NCBI GenBank assembly: GCA_047495785.1 | Contig: JBLDXI010000042.1 | Location: forward strand, 4,960,001 to 5,024,000 | Direction of reading: 5' to 3' | Source: Lepidodermella squamata | Lineage: Eukaryota > Animalia > Gastrotricha | Length of the DNA: 64,000 nucleotides | In this document: piece by piece, positions 1 through 11,456 of the stretch | How positions within the stretch are numbered: position 1 is the first letter of the stretch | How the letters are laid out: each line of letters opens with the position of its first letter | The notes under the pieces: model-generated | What the model was told of the DNA's origin: nothing | The model's input: only the letters and a program-made list of their open reading frames with translations | The model's database searches: none | Program-made: the position numbers and the translations under genes

Positions 1-757
1 GCGTTGGGTACGACGGACCGAGCGCTTGGTGTGCTTGCGGCGATGGACCCTCTTGCTGCGATGATGGCGCTTAACCTTCTTCACAGAGCGACGATGACGC
101 TTGGTCGAGCGGGTCTTGCGGCTCACCTTCCTGGAAGTGCGGTGACGGCGAGTCGAGCGAGTCTTGCGTTGGGTACGACGGACCGAGCGCTGGGTGTGCT
201 TGCGGCGATGGACCCTCTTGCTGCGATGATGGCGCTTAACCTTCTTCACAGAGCGACGATGACGCTTGGTCGAGCGGGTCTTGCGGCTCACCTTCCTGGA
301 AGTGCGGTGACGGCGAGTCGAGCGAGTCTTGCGTTGGGTACGACGGACCGAGCGCTTGGTGTGCTTGCGGCGATGGACCCTCTTGCTGCGATGATGGCGC
401 TTAACCTTCTTCACAGAGCGACGATGACGCTTGGTCGAGCGGGTCTTGCGGCTCACCTTCCTGGAAGTGCGGTGACGGCGAGTCGAGCGAGTCTTGCGTT
501 GGGTACGACGGACCGAGCGCTGGGTGTGCTTGCGGCGATGGACCCTCTTGCTGCGATGATGGCGCTTAACCTTCTTCACAGAGCGACGATGACGCTTGGT
601 CGAGCGGGTCTTGCGGCTCACCTTCCTGGAAGTGCGGTGACGGCGAGTCGAGCGAGTCTTGCGTTGGGTACGACGGACCGAGCGCTTGGTGTGCTTGCGG
701 CGATGGACCCTCTTGCTGCGATGATGGCGCTTAACCTTCTTCACAGAGCGACGATGA
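1..757 (-). repeat. 165-bp coding tandem repeat (55 aa, KTRSTRRHRTSRKVSRKTRSTKRHRRSVKKVKRHHRSKRVHRRKHTKRSVRRTQR)
   Basis: GCGTTGGGTACG recurs at 1, 166, 331, 496 and 661; copies are near-identical. Confidence 0.95.
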
Positions 758-3700
758 CGACGAGTTGTGCTCTTACGCTGGCGACGGGTTACATTCTTCG
801 AACGAGAGCGGCGGGTCGAGCGCTTGCTGGTGTGCTTGCGTTGAACCTTTCTGCTCTTGCGAGACCTGTGGGTCTTGCGTTGACGGCGGACCGACTTCTT
901 GGAGCGGGTATGACGAGTGCGCTTGCGTTGGACCTTCCTGCTCTTGCGAGACCTGTGGGTCTTGCGTTGACGGCGGACCGACTTCTTGGAGCGGGTACGA
1001 CGAGTTGTGCTCTTACGCTGGCGACGGGTAACCTTCTTCGAACGAGAGCGGCGGGTCGAGCGCTTGCTGGTGTGCTTGCGTTGAACCTTCCTGCTCTTGC
1101 GAGACCTGTGGGTCTTGCGTTGACGGCGGACCGACTTCTTGGAGCGGGTACGACGAGTGTGCTTGCGTTGGACCTTCCTGCTCTTGCGAGACCTGTGGGT
1201 CTTGCGTTGACGGCGGACCGACTTCTTGGAGCGGGTACGACGAGTTGTGCTCTTACGCTGGCGACGGGTAACCTTCTTCGAACGAGAGCGGCGGGTCGAG
1301 CGCTTGCTGGTGTGCTTGCGTTGAACCTTCCTGCTCTTGCGAGACCTGTGGGTCTTGCGTTGACGGCGGACCGACTTCTTGGAGCGGGTACGACGAGTGT
1401 GCTTGCGTTGGACCTTCCTGCTCTTGCGAGACCTGTGGGTCTTGCGTTGACGGCGGACCGACTTCTTGGAGCGGGTACGACGAGTTGTGCTCTTACGCTG
1501 GCGACGGGTTACCTTCTTCGAACGAGAGCGGCGGGTCGAGCGCTTGCTGGTGTGCTTGCGTTGGACCTTCCTGCTCTTGCGAGACCTGTGGGTCTTGCGT
1601 TGACGGCGGACCGACTTCTTGGAGCGGGTACGACGAGTGCGCTTGCGTTGGACCTTCCTGCTCTTGCGAGACCTGTGGGTCTTGCGTTGACGGCGGACCG
1701 ACTTCTTGGAGCGGGTACGACGAGTTGTGCTCTTACGCTGGCGACGGGTTACCTTCTTCGAACGAGAGCGGCGGGTCGAGCGCTTGCTGGTGTGCTTGCG
1801 TTGAACCTTTCTGCTCTTGCGAGACCTGTGGGTCTTGCGTTGACGGCGGACCGACTTCTTGGAGCGGGTACGACGAGTGCGCTTGCGTTGGACCTTCCTG
1901 CTCTTGCGAGACCTGTGGGTCTTGCGTTGACGGCGGACCGACTTCTTGGAGCGGGTACGACGAGTTGTGCTCTTACGCTGGCGACGGGTTACCTTCTTCG
2001 AACGAGAGCGGCGGGTCGAGCGCTTGCTGGTGTGCTTGCGTTGAACCTTTCTGCTCTTGCGAGACCTGTGGGTCTTGCGTTGACGGCGGACCGACTTCTT
2101 GGAGCGGGTATGACGAGTGCGCTTGCGTTGGACCTTCCTGCTCTTGCGAGACCTGTGGGTCTTGCGTTGACGGCGGACCGACTTCTTGGAGCGGGTATGA
2201 CGAGTGCGCTTGCGTTGGACCTTTCTGCTCTTGCGAGACCTGTGGGTCTTGCGTTGACGGCGGACCGACTTCTTGGAGCGGGTACGACGAGTTGTGCTCT
2301 TACGCTGGCGACGGGTTACCTTCTTCGAACGAGAGCGGCGGGTCGAGCGCTTGCTGGTGTGCTTGCGTTGAACCTTTCTGCTCTTGCGAGACCTGTGGGT
2401 CTTGCGTTGACGGCGGACCGACTTCTTGGAGCGGGTACGACGAGTGCGCTTGCGTTGGACCTTCCTGCTCTTGCGAGACCTGTGGGTCTTGCGTTGACGG
2501 CGGACCGACTTCTTGGAGCGGGTACGACGAGTTGTGCTCTTACGCTGGCGACGGGTTACCTTCTTCGAACGAGAGCGGCGGGTCGAGCGCTTGCTGGTGT
2601 GCTTGCGTTGAACCTTTCTGCTCTTGCGAGACCTGTGGGTCTTGCGTTGACGGCGGACCGACTTCTTGGAGCGGGTATGACGAGTGCGCTTGCGTTGGAC
2701 CTTCCTGCTCTTGCGAGACCTGTGGGTCTTGCGTTGACGGCGGACCGACTTCTTGGAGCGGGTACGACGAGTTGTGCTCTTACGCTGGCGACGGGTTACC
2801 TTCTTCGAACGAGAGCGGCGGGTCGAGCGCTTGCTGGTGTGCTTGCGTTGAACCTTTCTGCTCTTGCGAGACCTGTGGGTCTTGCGTTGACGGCGGACCG
2901 ACTTCTTGGAGCGGGTACGACGAGTGTGCTTGCGTTGGACCTTCCTGCTCTTGCGAGACCTGTGGGTCTTGCGTTGACGGCGGACCGACTTCTTGGAGCG
3001 GGTACGACGAGTGTGCTTGCGTTGGACCTTCCTGCTCTTGCGAGACCTGTGGGTCTTGCGTTGACGGCGGACCGACTTCTTGGAGCGGGTACGACGAGTG
3101 CGCTTGCGTTGGACCTTCCTGCTCTTGCGAGACCTGTGGGTCTTGCGTTGACGGCGGACCGACTTCTTGGAGCGGGTACGACGAGTTGTGCTCTTACGCT
3201 GGCGACGGGTTACCTTCTTCGAACGAGAGCGGCGGGTCGAGCGCTTGCTGGTGTGCTTGCGTTGAACCTTTCTGCTCTTGCGAGACCTGTGGGTCTTGCG
3301 TTGACGGCGGACCGACTTCTTGGAGCGGGTATGACGAGTGCGCTTGCGTTGGACCTTCCTGCTCTTGCGAGACCTGTGGGTCTTGCGTTGACGGCGGACC
3401 GACTTCTTGGAGCGGGTACGACGAGTTGTGCTCTTACGCTGGCGACGGGTTACCTTCTTCGAACGAGAGCGGCGGGTCGAGCGCTTGCTGGTGTGCTTGC
3501 GTTGAACCTTTCTGCTCTTGCGAGACCTGTGGGTCTTGCGTTGACGGCGGACCGACTTCTTGGAGCGGGTATGACGAGTGCGCTTGCGTTGGACCTTCCT
3601 GCTCTTGCGAGACCTGTGGGTCTTGCGTTGACGGCGGACCGACTTCTTGGAGCGGGTACGACGAGTTGTGCTCTTACGCTGGCGACGGGTTACCTTCTTC

Positions 3701-6700
3701 GAACGAGAGCGGCGGGTCGAGCGCTTGCTGGTGTGCTTGCGTTGAACCTTTCTGCTCTTGCGAGACCTGTGGGTCTTGCGTTGACGGCGGACCGACTTCT
3801 TGGAGCGGGTACGACGAGTGTGCTTGCGTTGGACCTTCCTGCTCTTGCGAGACCTGTGGGTCTTGCGTTGACGGCGGACCGACTTCTTGGAGCGGGTACG
3901 ACGAGTGTGCTTGCGTTGGACCTTCCTGCTCTTGCGAGACCTGTGGGTCTTGCGTTGACGGCGGACCGACTTCTTGGAGCGGGTACGACGAGTGCGCTTG
4001 CGTTGGACCTTCCTGCTCTTGCGAGACCTGTGGGTCTTGCGTTGACGGCGGACCGACTTCTTGGAGCGGGTACGACGAGTTGTGCTCTTACGCTGGCGAC
4101 GGGTTACCTTCTTCGAACGAGAGCGGCGGGTCGAGCGCTTGCTGGTGTGCTTGCGTTGAACCTTTCTGCTCTTGCGAGACCTGTGGGTCTTGCGTTGACG
4201 GCGGACCGACTTCTTGGAGCGGGTATGACGAGTGCGCTTGCGTTGGACCTTCCTGCTCTTGCGAGACCTGTGGGTCTTGCGTTGACGGCGGACCGACTTC
4301 TTGGAGCGGGTACGACGAGTTGTGCTCTTACGCTGGCGACGGGTTACCTTCTTCGAACGAGAGCGGCGGGTCGAGCGCTTGCTGGTGTGCTTGCGTTGAA
4401 CCTTTCTGCTCTTGCGAGACCTGTGGGTCTTGCGTTGACGGCGGACCGACTTCTTGGAGCGGGTACGACGAGTGCGCTTGCGTTGGACCTTCCTGCTCTT
4501 GCGAGACCTGTGGGTCTTGCGTTGACGGCGGACCGACTTCTTGGAGCGGGTACGACGAGTTGTGCTCTTACGCTGGCGACGGGTTACCTTCTTCGAACGA
4601 GAGCGGCGGGTCGAGCGCTTGCTGGTGTGCTTGCGTTGAACCTTTCTGCTCTCGCGAGACCTGTGGGTCTTGCGTTGACGGCGGACCGACTTCTTGGAGC
4701 GGGTACGACGAGTTGTGCTCTTACGCTGGCGACGGGTTACCTTCTTCGAACGAGAGCGGCGGGTCGAGCGCTTGCTGGTGTGCTTGCGTTGAACCTTTCT
4801 GCTCTTGCGAGACCTGTGGGTCTTGCGTTGACGGCGGACCGACTTCTTGGAGCGGGTACGACGAGTGTGCTTGCGTTGGACCTTCCTGCTCTTGCGAGAC
4901 CTGTGGGTCTTGCGTTGACGGCGGACCGACTTCTTGGAGCGGGTACGACGAGTGCGCTTGCGTTGGACCTTCCTGCTCTTGCGAGACCTGTGGGTCTTGC
5001 GTTGACGGCGGACCGACTTCTTGGAGCGGGTACGACGAGTTGTGCTCTTACGCTGGCGACGGGTTACCTTCTTCGAACGAGAGCGGCGGGTCGAGCGCTT
5101 GCTGGTGTGCTTGCGTTGAACCTTTCTGCTCTTGCGAGACCTGTGGGTCTTGCGTTGACGGCGGACCGACTTCTTGGAGCGGGTATGACGAGTGCGCTTG
5201 CGTTGGACCTTCCTGCTCTTGCGAGACCTGTGGGTCTTGCGTTGACGGCGGACCGACTTCTTGGAGCGGGTACGACGAGTTGTGCTCTTACGCTGGCGAC
5301 GGGTTACCTTCTTCGAACGAGAGCGGCGGGTCGAGCGCTTGCTGGTGTGCTTGCGTTGAACCTTTCTGCTCTTGCGAGACCTGTGGGTCTTGCGTTGACG
5401 GCGGACCGACTTCTTGGAGCGGGTATGACGAGTGCGCTTGCGTTGGACCTTCCTGCTCTTGCGAGACCTGTGGGTCTTGCGTTGACGGCGGACCGACTTC
5501 TTGGAGCGGGTACGACGAGTTGTGCTCTTACGCTGGCGACGGGTTACCTTCTTCGAACGAGAGCGGCGGGTCGAGCGCTTGCTGGTGTGCTTGCGTTGAA
5601 CCTTTCTGCTCTTGCGAGACCAGTGGGTCTTGCGTTGACGGCGGACCGACTTCTTGGAGCGGGTACGACGAGTGCGCTTGCGTTGGACCTTCCTGCTCTT
5701 GCGAGACCTGTGGGTCTTGCGTTGACGGCGGACCGACTTCTTGGAGCGGGTACGACGAGTTGTGCTCTTACGCTGGCGACGGGTTACCTTCTTCGAACGA
5801 GAGCGGCGGGTCGAGCGCTTGCTGGTGTGCTTGCGTTGTACCTTTCTGCTCTTGCGAGACCTGTGGGTCTTGCGTTGACGGCGGACCGACTTCTTGGAGC
5901 GGGTATGACGAGTGCGCTTGCGTTGGACCTTCCTGCTCTTGCGAGACCTGTGGGTCTTGCGTTGACGGCGGACCGACTTCTTGGAGCGGGTATGACGAGT
6001 TGTGCTCTTACGCTGGCGACGGGTTACCTTCTTCGAACGAGAGCGGCGGGTCGAGCGCTTGCTGGTGTGCTTGCGTTGAACCTTCCTGCTCTTGCGAGAC
6101 CTGTGGGTCTTGCGTTGACGGCGGACCGACTTCTTGGAGCGGGTACGACGAGTGTGCTTGCGTTGGACCTTCCTGCTCTTGCGAGACCTGTGGGTCTTGC
6201 GTTGACGGCGGACCGACTTCTTGGAGCGGGTACGACGAGTTGTGCTCTTACGCTGGCGACGGGTTACCTTCTTCGAACGAGAGCGGCGGGTCGAGCGCTT
6301 GCTGGTGTGCTTGCGTTGAACCTTTCTGCTCTTGCGAGACCAGTGGGTCTTGCGTTGACGGCGGACCGACTTCTTGGAGCGGGTACGACGAGTGCGCTTG
6401 CGTTGGACCTTCCTGCTCTTGCGAGACCTGTGGGTCTTGCGTTGACGGCGGACCGACTTCTTGGAGCGGGTACGACGAGTTGTGCTCTTACGCTGGCGAC
6501 GGGTTACCTTCTTCGAACGAGAGCGGCGGGTCGAGCGCTTGCTGGTGTGCTTGCGTTGTACCTTTCTGCTCTTGCGAGACCTGTGGGTCTTGCGTTGACG
6601 GCGGACCGACTTCTTGGAGCGGGTATGACGAGTGCGCTTGCGTTGGACCTTCCTGCTCTTGCGAGACCTGTGGGTCTTGCGTTGACGGCGGACCGACTTC

Positions 6701-8636
6701 TTGGAGCGGGTATGACGAGTTGTGCTCTTACGCTGGCGACGGGTTACCTTCTTCGAACGAGAGCGGCGGGTCGAGCGCTTGCTGGTGTGCTTGCGTTGAA
6801 CCTCCTGCTCTTGCGAGACCTGTGGTCTTGCGTTGACGGCGGACCGACTTCTTGGAGCGGGTACGACGGGTTGTGCTCTTACGCTGGCGACGGGTTACCT
6901 TCTTCGAACGAGAGCGGCGGGTCGAGCGCTTGCTGGTGTGCTTGCGTTGAACCTTCCTGCTCTTGCGAGACCTGTGGGTCTTGCGTTGACGGCGGACCGA
7001 CTTCTTGGAGCGGGTATGACGAGTGCGCTTGCGTTGGACCTTCCTGCTCTTGCGAGACCTGTGGGTCTTGCTTTGACGGCGGACCGACTTCTTGGAGCGG
7101 GTACGACGGGTTGTGCTCTTACGCTGGCGACGGGTTACCTTCTTCGAACGAGAGCGGTGGGTCGAGCGCTTGCTGGTGTGCTTGCGTTGAACCTTCCTGC
7201 TCTTGCGAGACCTGTGGGTCCCGCTCTTGCGAGTCGAACGGCGAGTCTTGGTGCTCTTGCGGTTCACACGCTTGGTAGACGTACGGCGTGATATTCTTAC
7301 GCTAGCTGATCGCTTAGTGTTTTTCCTTGCGGTTATAACATTTTCCACTCCTAATATGGGGATAAATCAATAATTCCGAGCTCTCGGAGTCATATTATGC
7401 TAATACCGCATGGTTTGCAGCTACAGCTCTGATACTCGTGTACAAAAATGACTGTTTGCCTCTTGTTGCTGCATGTTAACGGGACTCGCTTTGTCTTTGT
7501 GCTGACTCCTTTGCAGCAGTTGCAATTCCTGGTGTTACCGTTATTGGATGTTCCTGACTGGCATTTCCCGCCGCAAACCTGCAGGTTTAAACACATCATA
7601 TCGGATTCCGTTTAGCGTTAATAATTCACTTACAGTAAATTCGACCGGACCACTGCTTTCACATAGTCCATCGGGACTTTTTAATACCTGACGCTCTGTC
7701 TTCAGGCTGCAAGCTGAAATGTGGAATAAACGGATGAATGATGTTACAAGGTGATTCAGAGCAGTAAAGACCTTGTCCGGAAGAGAGGCTTCTAAGCGAA
7801 CGAACTGTGTCGGAGGTTTCAACATCATAGCAGGCGTAGATTTCTGGTGATTTTACAGTGACTTGCTTTCCGGCGGCAGCATCCTTCAAAAGGGAGAGAA
7901 CAGGCTCTGAGCGAGTTGATTCAATGTAAGATAGATGGACTTACAAATGACAGCACGAGCCCAGCAGCGATTTCAGCAGGATTCCACTTGAATCTCAGAG
8001 TGTCCGAGGGTTTCAGATTGCTCTGTTCAACCTCGGCACAAACAGCCTCACCATTGGAGTCGACCAGTTTCAGCCTGGCAGCAGATGCTCCTTCAACAGG
8101 AACGCGAACAAACTTTACGCGAGCGCTGCCACGTGATTTGATCCAAATCGTCAGATTCGCATTGGTGTCGCTTTTGTCGGCACTCCAAAACGTCTGACCA
8201 GGCTTAGCGTCGGAATTCGCTGCGCCAGTAGTACCGTAGGCGAAAAAGTCCTGGAAAAGATTCAATGATGGCTATTTTATGGGTTCCAAATAGGCCTACC
8301 TTTTTCGAAATCAGATCTGTCCATGCGCAGTTCTTCTGAAGCATTCGCTCTCGAACTGTGAATTTATGATGAACGCTATTGAAGGAACCAGTTCATTTCA
8401 GTGCAACACAAGAACTATATATGGTTACCGATGAGTGATGCGGTCCAAAAGACCACGACTGCGCGTACAGTCTTTGGTGCATCCCGGAGGACACTCCTTT
8501 GCAGTGCTATGAAAAATGTAGCGTTGATATTGGTGTTTAATCAGGTGATAAAAACAGCTTACCTTGATGGCAGAGCAGCTAAGCCTGCCACCAGCAAAAC
8601 GGCTGCCCATATAGGGGCCCAGCCGTTTATCCGCAT
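1..8636 (-). CDS. Gene A: secreted protein with signal peptide, discoidin/F5-8C-like domain, cystine-knot (CTCK) domain and a >2400-aa K/R/S/T/H tandem-repeat region; 3' end lies beyond the window
   Basis: Hand-spliced exons 8636-8563, 8506-8429, 8375-8300, 8250-7945, 7883-7772 (alternative donor would extend it to 7748), 7713-7634, 7578-7407 and 7350-<1, all GT-AG and in frame. N-terminus MRINGWAPIWAAVLLVAGLAALPSSTA is signal-peptide-like. CTCK pattern: CESSGPVEFTVCGGKCQSG...NCNCCKGVSTKTKRVPLTC...QSCSCKPC. Two 1-bp deletions near 6803-6825 interrupt the repeat frame. Confidence 0.85.
758..7220 (-). repeat. Coding tandem array of 87-bp and 153-bp subunits, mostly arranged as a 240-bp higher-order repeat
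   Basis: Lines repeat with a 240-bp period (e.g. 961/1201/1441), with occasional extra 87-bp units. Minus-strand translation is RRTRSKKSVRRQRKTHRSRKSRKVQRK(R/H)T... Confidence 0.95.
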
Positions 8637-10296
8637 CTAGCCGGTGATATAGTTTTGAGTTTTCAAACGATAAATTCGCTTGTTTTATTCCGCTTCAACG
8701 AAATAAAAGTGACGCTCTTATCTTCGTCGAAGATCGCGCTGAAAAAAACGAATGAACTACGCAGACCATTAATGTTACGCGGCATGCAATTCGCCGAGGC
8801 GCCATGTTGCATTAAGTGCACATTAGCCGCATTTTTCTCAAGAGCGAAAGCTTCGAACCAAATGCGTCTGATTTTTTTGCTCGTTCGTGTCCCGAAACAA
8901 TTAAAACTTCGGAGTAACTTGCAATGAACAAATGGCACTTCCAGTTTTAAGTGTAACGCACCTGGTGTGGCTAAATACCATCGATTAAACTACACTTTTG
9001 TCAACACTTCGTGACGTGGATCATGTCTTGCCAAACTAGGGAAAAATGTGCATCGCCGCAGTTACGAGAATCCAAATTAAACTTAAACTGGCGGTGACTT
9101 ATACGGTTCAAAGCATCAAAGATCTGGTTCAGCTAATTACTACAATCGTACCAAAACTTCACCAGATTTGATGAAACTTCAATGCACATCGTCATTTTGG
9201 GGTCCTTATACCTACATACTCACCAATGATTGGGATGATATTTATGCATTTAATAAATTCCTCGACACTTGGAAAATTAAACATTGAACTGTAAATTTCC
9301 AAACATGAATAATATTGATCTCGAAATAAAAATTGGTTGTGGATTTCTGAGTCATTCGATCTACAAGTAGGAACAATGTCCCATGCTGTATGCTGTGCAT
9401 CAATCTGCTGCGTCATTCATCCCAAAGCGCGAATCCCGAAAACTTGCATGATATAACCGTTTCAAGTTTTAAGCGAATTCTCACCGGTATGGGACACTCG
9501 CCGTTAACTAGCGAATTAGCCAGCAATGCAGCGGTGTAAAAGGGATTTCCCAGATATGCAGAAACGTTCACAATGTTCCAATACCTTCGCGTTATTTCTT
9601 GCAAGATTTCTCGAATAGCCATAAGTTACTAGCTCACGCGCTCCAAACCGCGATCAACTGCTTTTCAATCCGGTCTGGAAGTTGCCCCATGTCAGAGTTT
9701 TATCCTATTTTGTTCGACATTTTGAACCACTACATACCCAAAGTGGCTTAATACCAAATGCTTCAGAGATAGCCAGATATTTTTTACAGTCAACTCTAAA
9801 GCGAAAAAACCTCAGGGAAACGTCAAGACTTAGCTAAGCGACGTCTTGACCACTCTATACTACTTTGTCGAACATTGAATCGAACATTGAGGATCTGCCA
9901 CTCGTGGCCTTAAATATCATGGAGAAATAACCGAATATTCTATATGTTCCGTGTTAGCTGAGGTAATTTTGTTGATTTTTTACCGGAATTCAAGTACAAT
10001 GGCTGCGATGATGTAAATTAGAGTGATAGCATAATTCTCAACAACAACTGCAAAGGTTCTTTCTGCACCATGTTGTAGCTTTATGATATCCAATAGAGAT
10101 CAGGTTAATTTGATGTATGATGAAATCCTGTGAAAAATACTGCCTACTTCTGTATTGCTTCTGTGTATGTGCAGACCATATCGAAATACCAGCAGTTCCC
10201 AGCTGGTAACGCTTTTTTGACCACTGAAACTTCCTGACAACTTCACTTATTTCAAAAATGAGAAGAAATTCGGCTAGAATACAATATATGAAGACT

Positions 10297-11203
10297 GCAC
10301 ATTTCCCCATTCCACGCGCGCATTCCTATTGGTTGGTTAAATTTACGCGTAACCGCACGTCGCGCGCGTCTCTTGCGCAACAAATAATTGCAGCTTTCTA
10401 CGCGCTCGCTGCAAAATCACAAGAAAACCACAAGTCAGCTAGCCCGAACTGAACAATTCCAGTAAATCATGTGAAGCGCGCGCATCGAGAGTACATTTTT
10501 CAATCAGTACCAAGTTTCAAAAAATTGCAAATCAAGAAGATATGCGAGAAATAATGATGCCTCACTTAATCGACAGGGCGCTCAAATATGTTTCCAAGTG
10601 AAATAAAATCGCGCCACCATGGTTCATCATGATATTGTGTCGCTTTTATGAAATCCCAATTTTTCTACATTTTTAGAAGCGCTTGAGTTTTGATCATTCT
10701 AAGGAGTTTTTACATTCACTTCTACACTAGCGGCTCTGGTAATGAACTTTTCAAACGCATAAACTTTCAAGGGCAAGACATTTTCAATCAATTCGATGTA
10801 GCGCGAAAATAATCAAATGGTTAGAGTCTCAAGCTATATTTTGAAGAAATTACCCCAAATTCACCGAAAATAGCTCGTGCCGTCGGTGCGCGCTTCCGCA
10901 ATTTGTCAGGTAAAATTTGAATTTTGCCCGCGCATTATTTTCTATTTTCTATTCAGATCTATAGGTAAATAGGAACAAAATACAAAATCCAAATTTTGTC
11001 AAGTTTTTCGACAACAAAATCTGCCTTAATATAAGCTTTTTTATTTTCTTGAAAGCATTTCGCTGACTCAGCGCAGAGCGCAGTCGTATTTGCTCTGCGC
11101 GCGCGGGCGCACGAAGGCTGTAATTATCTTATTTGTTGCGCAACAAGGCCCAGCCAATAGGAGCGCGCGCGCGGAGGAAACACCGGCGGATGGGGAAATT
11201 TGC
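10297..11203. mobile_element. Non-autonomous TIR element, Mutator-like by target-site duplication length
   Basis: Imperfect terminal inverted repeats of about 100-130 bp (GCACATTTCCCCAT... / ...ATGGGGAAATTTGC), flanked by the 9-bp direct repeat ATGAAGACT at 10288-10296 and 11204-11212. Confidence 0.7.
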
Positions 11204-11456
11204 ATGAAGACTACTGATGAACTAGAAAATCATTAGGTCACCGTCAAAAAAACCGATTAATGCGTGCTTCCGACTGAAACAACCAAAACACAAGGAGAAA
11301 ACAGCAAAGTAATGCCAGAGTTTATTGCATAGCCTGCATTGAGTACCGGATAAGTTGAGATTCAAAAACCGGGTTGAGATGTGGACACCGTTACCTTAGG
11401 AGTTACAATGTTATGAACTTTGAAGAAATATAGAATCTTCTGAATAGTTCAACCAC

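Noticed and set aside
4-7278. Plus-strand 2424-aa Ala/Leu-rich and 1783-aa Cys-rich ORFs
   Set aside because: Antisense shadows of gene A's repeat exon. They have no credible start or splice context, while the minus strand has a signal peptide and coherent exons.
9000-10250. Possible decayed hAT-like transposase (AYLGNPFY, LVKFWYDC fragments on the minus strand)
   Set aside because: Multiple stops and frameshifts and only vague motif resemblance; it needs a translated HMM search.
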